NCBI GenBank assembly: GCA_026415035.1
Contig: JAOAHX010000014.1
Coordinates: 11 to 64,010, forward strand
Length of the DNA stretch: 64,000 nucleotides
Direction of reading: 5' to 3'
Source: Thermodesulfobacteriota bacterium
GTDB taxonomy: Bacteria; Desulfobacterota; BSN033; UBA1163
Made by a program: the position numbers and the translations under genes. Below, in pieces: positions 10,653 to 18,766 of the stretch. The first letter of the stretch is position 1; each line of letters begins with the position of its first letter. The notes under the pieces were generated by a model. The model was not told the DNA's origin and made no database searches. It was given only the letters and a program-made list of their open reading frames with translations.

Positions 10653-11067
10653 CTCTGCCCCTGAGCTGCTGGAGATATCCCTGGAGGATGAGGACCGCGG
10701 CCAGTTTGTCCACGACCGCTCTCCTCTTACTTCTTGAGAGGTCGGCCTCCAAGAGCGTTCGGTCCGCCTCGAGGGTCGAAAGCCTCTCGTCCCAGGTGAT
10801 TACGGGAAGACCGACCCGCCTTTTGAGCTCCTCGATCCAGCTCAAGACGAATTCGGCCTGTTTGCCCAAGGAACCATCCATCCTTACCGGAAGACCGACG
10901 ACGATCTCCTTCACCCCATATTGAGAGATGAGGGCGAGGAGCTGATCAAATTCATCCTCCTTCGAATCCCGTCGAATGGTTTTCACGCCCTGTGCCGTGA
11001 TTCGAAGCTCGTCGCTGATGGCCACGCCGATCCTCTTCTGTCCGATATCAAGGGCCATGATCCTCAT
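10627..11067 (-). CDS. ruvX: Putative pre-16S rRNA nuclease / Holliday-junction resolvase-like YqgF
   Basis: MALDIGQKRIGVAISD RNase H-like fold start, VVGLP motif; 146 aa. Confidence 0.9.
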   Translation of the reverse strand: MRIMALDIGQKRIGVAISDELRITAQGVKTIRRDSKEDEFDQLLALISQYGVKEIVVGLPVRMDGSLGKQAEFVLSWIEELKRRVGLPVITWDERLSTLEADRTLLEADLSRSKRRAVVDKLAAVLILQGYLQQLRGRGDETPLSS

Positions 11068-11187
11068 CGATCCTCTTGTCGTTCAACGCCGCTGGACTTG
11101 TCCACCGGATGGACCACGACGGCCCGTCCCAACGGTTAAACTAAAAATAGTCTAACATACAGGGATCAAAAGGGAAAGAAAAATTTC

Positions 11188-11216
11188 TTGACATTGGTGG
11201 GCGTGTTTGTTATAAA
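11188..11216 (+). promoter_or_regulatory. Sigma70-like promoter TTGACA-17-TATAAA upstream of acyl-CoA dehydrogenase
   Basis: TTGACA 11188-11193, 17-nt spacer, TATAAA 11211-11216; true start codon ATG 11250 with RBS AGAGGGAGG. Confidence 0.6.
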
Positions 11217-11249
11217 ATGCACAATCTTAAAAAAGAGGGAGGTCTTTTT

Positions 11250-12395
11250 ATGGATTTTTCATTCACGGAAGAGCAGATCGCGATGAGGGATATGGCCAAG
11301 AATTTTGCAGAGAAGAAGATCGCTCCCACCATGGAAGAGGATGAGAAGGAGCATCGATTTCGAAGGGAGATCGTCAAAGAGATGGCCAGCCTCGGGTTCT
11401 TCGGCTGCATCGCGCCGGAGAAATATGGCGGAAACGAGACGGGGTATATCGCGGCCTCGATCATGGCCGAAGAGATCGCCAGGGTCTCACCCTCCTGGGG
11501 CCTTCCCTTCAATCTCCAGATGAATTCTATCCAGTCGGTCCTGCTCCAATTCGGGACCGAATCGCAGCGAGAACAGTACATCCCTAAATTGATCAATGCC
11601 GATCTGCTCGGCTGTTTCGCCATCACGGAGCCCAATTCCGGTTCGGATGTGGCCTCGATGAAAACGGCTGCTGAAGAGAAAGAGGATGGGTTCATCCTCA
11701 ACGGTAGCAAGATGTGGATCTCGGGTGTACCGGTGGCCGATCTCGGGATCGTCTATGCCTATACCGATCGATCCCTCAAACATCGGGGGATGTCCGCCTT
11801 TTTGGTCGATATGCACCTGCCTGGAGTGACCCAGAAGGCGATCGAGACGAAATTGGGGCTTCACTGCGCCCCCACCGGCGAGATCTATTTCGACAACGTC
11901 AAGCTCCCGAAGGAGAGCCTGGTGGGTCAAAAAGGGGATGGGTTCAAGATCTGCATGTACATGCTCGACAATACGAGGCTCTCCTGCGCTTCCAGGGCCG
12001 TCGGCGTGGCCAGGGCCTGTAAGGAACATGCGATCCGTTACGCCAACGAGAGGGAGCAGTTCGGCCAGCCCATCGCCAATTTCCAGATGATTCAAGAGCA
12101 GATCGCAGAGATGGTGGTCGAGGAGGAGGCGGCGAGGCTGCTGGTCTACCGGGCGGCCTGGAACCGTGATCGGGGGCAGCGCAATACGGTGGAGATCTCC
12201 TGCGCCAAACTCTTTGCATCCGAGGTGGCGGTCCGAGCGGCCAACACCGCCGTCAAAATCTTCGGTTCCTACGGTTTTTCGAGCGAATATCCGGTGGAAC
12301 GTTTTTATAGGGATGCGAAATCCTTCCAGATCGTCGAGGGAACCTCGAACATCCACAAGATGATCATCGCAAGAAATGCCCTGGGCCTGAAGTAG
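11250..12395 (+). CDS. Acyl-CoA dehydrogenase (short-chain/glutaryl-/alicyclic-CoA type)
   Basis: MDFSFTEEQ start typical of ACADs, FAD/substrate motifs (GSKMWISG, catalytic-base region FQIVEGTSNI); the ORF-track start at 11217 lies inside the promoter, so I reject it. Confidence 0.9.
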   Translation: MDFSFTEEQIAMRDMAKNFAEKKIAPTMEEDEKEHRFRREIVKEMASLGFFGCIAPEKYGGNETGYIAASIMAEEIARVSPSWGLPFNLQMNSIQSVLLQFGTESQREQYIPKLINADLLGCFAITEPNSGSDVASMKTAAEEKEDGFILNGSKMWISGVPVADLGIVYAYTDRSLKHRGMSAFLVDMHLPGVTQKAIETKLGLHCAPTGEIYFDNVKLPKESLVGQKGDGFKICMYMLDNTRLSCASRAVGVARACKEHAIRYANEREQFGQPIANFQMIQEQIAEMVVEEEAARLLVYRAAWNRDRGQRNTVEISCAKLFASEVAVRAANTAVKIFGSYGFSSEYPVERFYRDAKSFQIVEGTSNIHKMIIARNALGLK

Positions 12396-12520
12396 GGACG
12401 AAACGGCCCACCCTTCGGGATGTCCATGCTTTCCCGGCCAGAGCTTTGAAGGGCTGGAGAGGGCCGCGTCACGAATGCTCGGGCAAGCATCCAAAATCCA
12501 ACTGTTTCGAAGAGGAGGTT

Positions 12521-12742
12521 ATGCCTATGGGAACACCTGTGACGGTACCAATGGTAGGGAAGATCGTCTCCATCTCCGTGAAGGTCGGGGATCAGGTGAA
12601 AGAGGACGACCAGGTGGCGGTCCTTGAAGCGATGAAGATGGAGATGCCCATCGTGGCCCCGGTGAGTGGGACGATCCAGGAGATCAAGGTCGCACCGGGC
12701 CAGGAGGTCGAAGCTGAAGCGGTCATCGCCATCATCGGATGA
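12521..12742 (+). CDS. Small biotin carboxyl carrier protein (biotinyl domain only)
   Basis: 73 aa; EAMKM biotin-attachment motif; RBS AGGAGG 6 nt upstream of ATG 12521. Confidence 0.75.
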   Translation: MPMGTPVTVPMVGKIVSISVKVGDQVKEDDQVAVLEAMKMEMPIVAPVSGTIQEIKVAPGQEVEAEAVIAIIG

Positions 12743-12767
12743 CCCGGAGGGGGCGGGAGTCGGAGCG

Positions 12768-13223
12768 GTGGAGATCGATTTTTTATCGAAGGTCACCATA
12801 CGGCCCATGAACCCGGGAGACATCGGGGCGATTGTGGCGATCGACGAGAAGGTCATCGGAAAGTCGAGGCCGGATTACTGGAAGAAGATGGTCCCCGAAA
12901 ATCCACCGCATCCCATGCTCTCTCTGGTGGCGGAATTTGAAGGAAAGGTCATCGGGTTCGTTCTCGGAGAGGTGAGCGGGTGGGAATTCGGGGTTCCCGA
13001 TACGGTGGGATGGCTCACTATCATCGGCGTCGATCCCGACTTCCAACACAGGGGGGTGGCGAGAAAGTTGAGCCAGGAGTTCATCAAGAATTTGAAGGCG
13101 ATGAATGTCCGGGTCGTCTATACCTTGGTCAATTGGAATGATTGGGACCTCCTCAAATTCTACAAGGAGATGGGGTTCACCCGTGGGGGGGATATGATCA
13201 ACTTAGAATTGAGGCTCGATTAG
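12768..13223 (+). CDS. GNAT-family N-acetyltransferase
   Basis: GNAT core (VIGFVLGEV...HQHRGVARKL...KEMGF); start uncertain (GTG 12768 after GGAGGGGGCGGGAG, or ATG 12807). Confidence 0.6.
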   Translation: MEIDFLSKVTIRPMNPGDIGAIVAIDEKVIGKSRPDYWKKMVPENPPHPMLSLVAEFEGKVIGFVLGEVSGWEFGVPDTVGWLTIIGVDPDFQHRGVARKLSQEFIKNLKAMNVRVVYTLVNWNDWDLLKFYKEMGFTRGGDMINLELRLD

Positions 13224-13247
13224 AGCCCGGTCGAAGGAGAACGGGAG

Positions 13248-14003
13248 ATGGGAAGACTTGAAGGGAAAGCGGCGGTGGTGACGGGCGGAGGGAGGGGGAT
13301 CGGCAGGGCCGTCTGCCTCGCCTTCGCCAAAGAAGGGGCGGACGTGGTCGTCAACTATGCCTCGCAGGAGAAACCGGCCCAGGAGGTCGTCGCGCTGATC
13401 GAGCAGATGGGGCGGAAAGGGGTTGCGGTGAAAGGAAATGTGGCCGTCAAGGCCGATGTGGAGAAGATCATCCATACCTGCATCGATCACTTCGGGAAGA
13501 TCGATATCCTGGTGAACAATGCGGGGGTGTCCAGGCCCGGCATGCTCCACAAGATGACCGAGGAACAGTGGGACGAGGTGATCGACATCCAGCTCAAAGG
13601 CCCCTTCCTCTGTACTCAGGTGGCGGCCAAATTCATGATGGAGAGGAAGTACGGAAGGATCATCAACGTCACCTCCTCGGCTGGGCTCTGGGGGACCAAA
13701 GGCCAGATCAACTACAGCGCCGCCAAAGGAGGGGTTGTGGCCCTGACCAAATCGGCGGCCAGGGAGCTGGCGGGTTATGGGATCACTGTCAATGTGATCC
13801 AGCCCGGTTACGTCAATACGGAGATGTTCGAACGGGTGAAGTCGGATCCCAAGCTTTTGGAGATCTATACCGGCCGGATCCTGCTCGGTCGTTTTGCAGA
13901 TCCGGAGGAGGTGGCCCCGGCCTTCGTCTTTCTGGCCTCAGACGAGGCCAGTTATGTGACGGGTCAGCTCTTCTGCATCGACGGCGGCCTGGGGATGACC
14001 TGA
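13248..14003 (+). CDS. Short-chain dehydrogenase/reductase (FabG/BadH-like 3-hydroxyacyl-CoA dehydrogenase)
   Basis: TGGGRGIGRA Rossmann motif, NNAG, YSAAK catalytic tetrad, 251 aa. Confidence 0.85.
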   Translation: MGRLEGKAAVVTGGGRGIGRAVCLAFAKEGADVVVNYASQEKPAQEVVALIEQMGRKGVAVKGNVAVKADVEKIIHTCIDHFGKIDILVNNAGVSRPGMLHKMTEEQWDEVIDIQLKGPFLCTQVAAKFMMERKYGRIINVTSSAGLWGTKGQINYSAAKGGVVALTKSAARELAGYGITVNVIQPGYVNTEMFERVKSDPKLLEIYTGRILLGRFADPEEVAPAFVFLASDEASYVTGQLFCIDGGLGMT

Positions 14004-14063
14004 GGGTGAAACGAGACGGGGATTAAAATTTCGGAAGTCATTATCTCAAAGGGGGTGACGCGC

Positions 14064-15173
14064 ATGTCAGTACCGGACAGGATTGAGACGTGGCAGATGG
14101 TTCAACCGACTTCGAAGAACAAAGAGACGGGTGAGGTGATCCCAGGAAGACTGGAGAAGGTCTCCCTTCCCGTACCTCCTCTGGCCGCCGACGAGGTCCT
14201 GGTGAAGGTGGCAGGCTGCGGGGTTTGCCATACCGACCTCGGCTATTTTTACGACGGCGTTCCGACGGTCCAGAAGCCTCCCCTGACGCTCGGCCATGAG
14301 ATCAGCGGGACGGTGGTGGCGGGCGACGAGAAATGGATCGGCAAAGAGGTGATCGTCCCGGCGGTGATGCCCTGCCGGAAATGCCTGCTCTGCAAGACCG
14401 GCAGAGGGAACCGTTGTTTGGTCCAGAAGATGCCCGGAAACAGCCTCGGGATATACGGGGGTTTTGCGAGCCACATCCCGGTCCCCTCGATCGACCTCTG
14501 CGAGGTCCGGAATCGAGGGAACATCCCGTTGGAGCATTTGGCCGTGGTGGCGGATGCCGCCACCACACCCTACCAGGCCGCCAAACGGGCCGACCTCCAG
14601 CCCGGCGACCAGGTCATCATCATCGGGGTGACGGGAGGCGTCGGGGTCTACATGGCCCAGACCGCGAAGGCCCTGGGCGCGAAGACGGTGATCGGGATTG
14701 CGCGAAATCCTGCCAAACTCCAGCGGGCCCTGAAGTACGGGGCGGACTTCGTCATCAGCTCGCAGGACAAGCAGATCAAGGATATTCGGAACGAGTTTCG
14801 AGAGATCTGCAAGAAGAACCATCTGGAGGCGGGGTTCGGCTGGAAGATCTTCGAGGTGAGCGGTACGAAGGCGGGCCAGGACCTGGCCTTGGAGCTTCTC
14901 TCCTTCACCGGGAAGCTGATCGTGGTCGGCTTCGGGATGGCGAAGAATGAGTACATGATCTCCAGGTTGATGGCCTTCGATGCCGAGATCATCGGGACCT
15001 GGGGATGCCTCCCCGAATATTACCCCATCGTGCTGGACATGGTCCTTTCGAAGAAGATCGACATCGAGCCCTTCGTGGAGACGAGGCCGATGAGCCAGAT
15101 CGCCGCGGTCTTCGAGGAGGTTCACAAGGCCGGCTCACCGGAGCGAAGGATCGTTTTGACCCCCGATTTTTAA
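14064..15173 (+). CDS. Zinc-dependent medium-chain alcohol dehydrogenase family protein
   Basis: GCGVCHTDL...GHEISG zinc-ligand motifs, GVTGGVG NAD fold; ATG 14064 after AAGGGGGTG (ORF-track GTG 14055 also possible). Confidence 0.8.
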   Translation: MSVPDRIETWQMVQPTSKNKETGEVIPGRLEKVSLPVPPLAADEVLVKVAGCGVCHTDLGYFYDGVPTVQKPPLTLGHEISGTVVAGDEKWIGKEVIVPAVMPCRKCLLCKTGRGNRCLVQKMPGNSLGIYGGFASHIPVPSIDLCEVRNRGNIPLEHLAVVADAATTPYQAAKRADLQPGDQVIIIGVTGGVGVYMAQTAKALGAKTVIGIARNPAKLQRALKYGADFVISSQDKQIKDIRNEFREICKKNHLEAGFGWKIFEVSGTKAGQDLALELLSFTGKLIVVGFGMAKNEYMISRLMAFDAEIIGTWGCLPEYYPIVLDMVLSKKIDIEPFVETRPMSQIAAVFEEVHKAGSPERRIVLTPDF

Positions 15174-15232
15174 GGGAGGAGAAGCTCAAGGTCGGTTCAA
15201 TTTTTTGAATCCACAAGAAAGGAGAGGAGACG

Positions 15233-16204
15233 ATGAACGGAAAGAGCAAGTACGAGAAGATTTTCAGGGGAAGGGATCCCAAGGAGTTCGGATTCGAAGA
15301 GATCATCTATGAGAAAAAGGATTGGACGGCCAAGATCACCCTCAACCGACCCCAACGTTACAACGCCTATACCGGGACCGAGCTGGCGGAGATCTGCGAA
15401 GCCCTCCACGACATCACCGTCGATGACAAGGTGGCCGTGGGAATCATCACCGGCGCCGGCGACAAGGCCTTCTGCACGGGCGGCGACGCAGGGACCTATT
15501 CGACCATCTATCCGGAGCGGCCCCACGAATTCTACATGTGGTGGGAATTCTACGAAAGGATGCTCTACATGATCCGGACCTGCGGAAAACCGATCATCGC
15601 CCGGATCAACGGCGTGGTGGCCGGAGGGGGAAATGAGATCAACCTGGCCTGCGACATCTCGATCGCCGCGGAGCATGCCCGCTTCATCCAGCCCGGGACC
15701 CGGACCGGGAGCGTCTCCGCCGGAGGCGCCACCCAGTGGTTGCCCTTGGTGATCGGCGACAAGAGGACCCGCTGGATGGTGATGGTGGGCGACGAGATCA
15801 ACGCCCAGACGGCCCTTCAGTGGGGCTTGGTCAACGAGGTCGTCCCCTACGAGAAGCTGGACGAGGCAGTCGACAAGGTCGTCGAGAAGTTGGTGGATAA
15901 GTTCCCGGATTGCATGAGATACACCAAAGTTCAGTGCAACTTCTGGACGGACCTGGCCTGGACGACCTTCCAGCATGCGAGGGACTGGCTCTCCGTCCAC
16001 TATGCGACCGCCGAGCCGATCGAAGGCTTCAGGGCCTTCCTCGAAAAGCGAAAGGTCGACTACCGCGCCATGAGGCAGAAGGACATCGCGGGCAAGAGCC
16101 GGAGCTATATCTTCGGACCTCCGATGAAGTCCTGCGCCAAATGCGGAACGAAGTATCTGCCCGATGAGTTCAAATTCTGTGGGGTCTGCGGGGCAGCGAT
16201 TTAG
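15233..16204 (+). CDS. MenB/BadI-family crotonase (2-ketocyclohexanecarboxyl-CoA hydrolase-like) fused to C-terminal zinc ribbon
   Basis: Strong similarity pattern to the BadI/MenB family (NRPxxxNA, GAGDKAFCTGGD, KPIIARINGVVAGGGN, FLEKRKVDYRAM); extra 40-aa tail CAKCG-x11-CGVCG. Confidence 0.8.
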   Translation: MNGKSKYEKIFRGRDPKEFGFEEIIYEKKDWTAKITLNRPQRYNAYTGTELAEICEALHDITVDDKVAVGIITGAGDKAFCTGGDAGTYSTIYPERPHEFYMWWEFYERMLYMIRTCGKPIIARINGVVAGGGNEINLACDISIAAEHARFIQPGTRTGSVSAGGATQWLPLVIGDKRTRWMVMVGDEINAQTALQWGLVNEVVPYEKLDEAVDKVVEKLVDKFPDCMRYTKVQCNFWTDLAWTTFQHARDWLSVHYATAEPIEGFRAFLEKRKVDYRAMRQKDIAGKSRSYIFGPPMKSCAKCGTKYLPDEFKFCGVCGAAI

Positions 16205-16213
16205 GATCGGACG

Positions 16214-16576
16214 ATGGCCTTGAGAGAGTCGAAATACCGAAGCGACCTCGGATTCTACAAGGAATTCGATCAGGATCGGGTCGTCCTGCCCGTTAAAGAG
16301 GATGGGGGTCTCTACTATGTGGAGATCCCCTCCCACCTTCGAAATCGTTTGGAACTCGTCGTGGGAAGTCGGTTGAAAGGGTGGCTGGAGAAGGTCCAGC
16401 CCAGAAAAGGCAAGGCCCAGACCCTGAAGAGGAAGATCGATTGGGAGATCGTGGGATACTGGCACGAGCTCCACATCCCCCAAGACCTGGTCAGGAAGTT
16501 GAAGCTGAAGGACGGGGATCAACTGACCTTGAAGTTCGAGCGGGTGGTCAATTACGGAAACGAGATCGAGATTTGA
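16214..16576 (+). CDS. Tandem AbrB/MazE-like (swapped-hairpin) domain protein
   Basis: Two repeats resembling AbrB-N/SpoVT (IPSHLRNRLELVVGSRLKGWLE and IPQDLVRKLKLKDGDQLTLKFE); 120 aa; 10 nt after upstream gene. Confidence 0.45.
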   Translation: MALRESKYRSDLGFYKEFDQDRVVLPVKEDGGLYYVEIPSHLRNRLELVVGSRLKGWLEKVQPRKGKAQTLKRKIDWEIVGYWHELHIPQDLVRKLKLKDGDQLTLKFERVVNYGNEIEI

Positions 16577-16612
16577 GGGTCCTTTTTGAACCTTAGAAAA
16601 AGGGTCTTTCGA

Positions 16613-16653
16613 TAGGGAGGTGATATGGCCTCCCTATTTTCTTTCTTCTTTCC
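16613..16653 (+). terminator. Rho-independent terminator
   Basis: TAGGGAGG-tgatatgg-CCTCCCTA hairpin followed by TTTTCTTTCTTCTTTCC. Confidence 0.7.
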
Positions 16654-16683
16654 TTCCCAATCTCATCTCATGAGGTGATCGCC

Positions 16684-17451
16684 ATGGCATTTAAATGGAT
16701 TCAGACGGAGTTGAAGGAAGGGGTGGCCTATCTCACCCTGAATCGCCCTCCCCTCAACTGGCTCAATCTCGAAATGATGGAGGAGATCAATGCCTATCTC
16801 GAAGGGCTAAAAGAGGAGAAGAGCCTCAAGCTCCTCGTTGTCCAGGCGGCGGGAAAGGCCTTTTCGGTGGGGGTCGAGGTGGCCGAGCACTTAGGGGACC
16901 TTGGCCCGAGGATGATCGAGACCTTTCATCGCATGTTCCGCCTGATGGACGAGTTAAAGGTCCCGACCCTTGCGATCGTCCATGGCTCCGCCCTTGGCGG
17001 AGGATGCGAACTCGCGGTCTATTGCGATATGGTCCTGGCCACGGAGAAGGCCAGGTTCGGACAGCCTGAGATTCAGGTGGGGGTCTTCCCCCCGATTGCC
17101 GCTTTGGTCTTTCCGAGGATGATCGGCCGGAAAAAGGCCATGGAGCTGATCCTATCGGGCGAGACGATCAGCGCGCAGGAAGCCCTGGCGATCGGCCTGG
17201 TCAACCGGGTCGTTTCGGAAGCCTCGCTGGCCGAGGAGGTCGATAAGTTCATCGGGAAGTTCAAGAGTCTGAGCGGAATCGTCCTGAAGCTGACCAAAGA
17301 GGCGACCCTTTCGGGGTTGTGCGACGAGCCGGCAAAGGGGCTGAAGACCATCGAGCAGATCTATCTCGATCGGCTGATGAAGACCGAAGATGCCACCGAA
17401 GGGCTCCAGGCCTTCTTGGAGAAAAGGAAACCCCTTTGGAAGGACCGCTGA
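16684..17451 (+). CDS. Enoyl-CoA hydratase/isomerase (crotonase) family protein
   Basis: Crotonase fold motifs (LTLNRPPLN, AAGKAFSVG, GSALGGGCELAVYCD, oxyanion hole), 256 aa from MAFKWIQ. Confidence 0.85.
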   Translation: MAFKWIQTELKEGVAYLTLNRPPLNWLNLEMMEEINAYLEGLKEEKSLKLLVVQAAGKAFSVGVEVAEHLGDLGPRMIETFHRMFRLMDELKVPTLAIVHGSALGGGCELAVYCDMVLATEKARFGQPEIQVGVFPPIAALVFPRMIGRKKAMELILSGETISAQEALAIGLVNRVVSEASLAEEVDKFIGKFKSLSGIVLKLTKEATLSGLCDEPAKGLKTIEQIYLDRLMKTEDATEGLQAFLEKRKPLWKDR

Positions 17452-17537
17452 GAAGGTGGAGGCGGACCGAGTCCACGTGGCCGAGGGCCCATGCTCCGTG
17501 GCGATAGGTTTTCCGGGCCGGGTGGCATTCGGACCGT

Positions 17538-18584
17538 TCAAAAGGTGATGGCCAGGGTGAGGGAGCCATAGGCCTGGGCCTTGTCCTGGCCGTCGAATTC
17601 TTTGGAGCGGTAGACGTGGGCGTAGGTGAGTTTCAAGTGTTTATACAGGAGGGATAAGCCAGCCGCCATATCCGCCACCACCCGCTTCCGGTCCACCCGG
17701 TGACTCTCCTTCCAGGTGTTCCCATCGAGGAAGATGTTCCTGGCCACGGCCCTTCCTTCAACATCCACGAAGAGGTGGATTCCTAAATTTTCACGGCCTC
17801 GGAGCCTGGGGTCGTTCGGGTCTGCGGGGGCCTCGATGCCACTTCCCGCGCGGATGAAGGACGTCCCGAAATCGATAGGCAGATTGTAACCAAAACGAAC
17901 CTCTCCCCCGAGGCTGGCATAGGTGAGGACATTGCCGGCCACCGCTCCGACTCTCGGGATAAAGTCGAAACCGAATCCCCTTCCCACGCCGCGACTCCAG
18001 AGACGCCAGCTCCGGTGCCACCCGACGAGGAGGCCAGGTTCGTTCCGGAGCTGGTGATCCCATCCCTTAGGTTCCTGGCTTTCGATCCAGCGGTGCACTG
18101 CCTTCTGGGTCTGCTCGGCATAGGAGGCCGGGCCTACGATCCCGAGGGTCACCTCAAACACATCCATCTGCGAGGCGTTTTTCACATGAAAGGTCAGGGA
18201 GAGGTAGGTCCATCCGGCATAGGGTCGATCATCCTTGATCAGATCGCTTCTCGAGATGTCTTCAGGGGTGAAGATGGTCTGGCCCAGGGAGAGGCCAAGG
18301 TTTCGCTGAAAACCAGGCCGGTTGATCAGGGGCAGTTTTCTGAGCAGCGGAAGCCCCCATCTCGGAAGGCGGGTATCTTCGTCAAACTCCGTCAGGTCCT
18401 TGGAAAGCCAGGTGAATTTGAGGGCATTGGTGTAGTGTCTGTCCGTCCCGTCGAAGACATCGTTTTCAAAATGGACGAAGAAGGTCTGGTGTTTCTGATC
18501 CGAGGGGACCTGGCCGGAGGAGAAAGAGGGTAAGAAAAGGGCGAGGCAGACCGAAAGGATCGGCAGGGCTCCCTTTTTCATCAT
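17538..18584 (-). CDS. Outer-membrane beta-barrel protein, LpxR/DUF2219-like (lipid A deacylase family)
   Basis: Signal peptide MMKKGALPILSVCLALFLPSFSSGQ, beta-rich, C-terminal aromatic LAITF; family assignment from overall pattern only. Confidence 0.5.
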   Translation of the reverse strand: MMKKGALPILSVCLALFLPSFSSGQVPSDQKHQTFFVHFENDVFDGTDRHYTNALKFTWLSKDLTEFDEDTRLPRWGLPLLRKLPLINRPGFQRNLGLSLGQTIFTPEDISRSDLIKDDRPYAGWTYLSLTFHVKNASQMDVFEVTLGIVGPASYAEQTQKAVHRWIESQEPKGWDHQLRNEPGLLVGWHRSWRLWSRGVGRGFGFDFIPRVGAVAGNVLTYASLGGEVRFGYNLPIDFGTSFIRAGSGIEAPADPNDPRLRGRENLGIHLFVDVEGRAVARNIFLDGNTWKESHRVDRKRVVADMAAGLSLLYKHLKLTYAHVYRSKEFDGQDKAQAYGSLTLAITF

Positions 18585-18693
18585 TCCTCCTTTATCCAAG
18601 GGAATCATGATCAGCCATCCGTTCCTTTAGGAGGCCCTTTAAATTTCATCGATTTATATTTGAAAAAATCCAAAAGGTCAAGGCCTGACCTCT

Positions 18694-18722
18694 TTGACAA
18701 GCCTTTCGTTGGCATATTAAAA
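18694..18722 (+). promoter_or_regulatory. Putative sigma70-like promoter for larA-like gene with adjacent inverted repeat
   Basis: TTGACA 18694-18699 then TATTAA/ATTAAA at 15-17 nt; inverted repeat GGTCA-N5-TGACC at 18676-18690 immediately upstream. Confidence 0.35.
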
Positions 18723-18766
18723 AAGAAGGGGAAGAGGATGAAAAGGAAAAGGGAGGGCCGCAGGCG

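Noticed and set aside
11217-11249. ORF-track start codon ATG 11217 for the acyl-CoA dehydrogenase
   Set aside because: It lies within the -10 element of the promoter; the conserved ACAD N-terminus (MDFSFTEEQ) begins at ATG 11250, which has a proper RBS.
12396-12520. Weak hairpin GAATGCT-cgggca-AGCATCC after the acyl-CoA dehydrogenase
   Set aside because: Imperfect stem and no downstream T-tract; not convincing as a terminator.
15197-16522. 441-aa minus-strand ORF opposite the BadI-like and AbrB-like genes
   Set aside because: Antisense artefact; the plus-strand products match known families.
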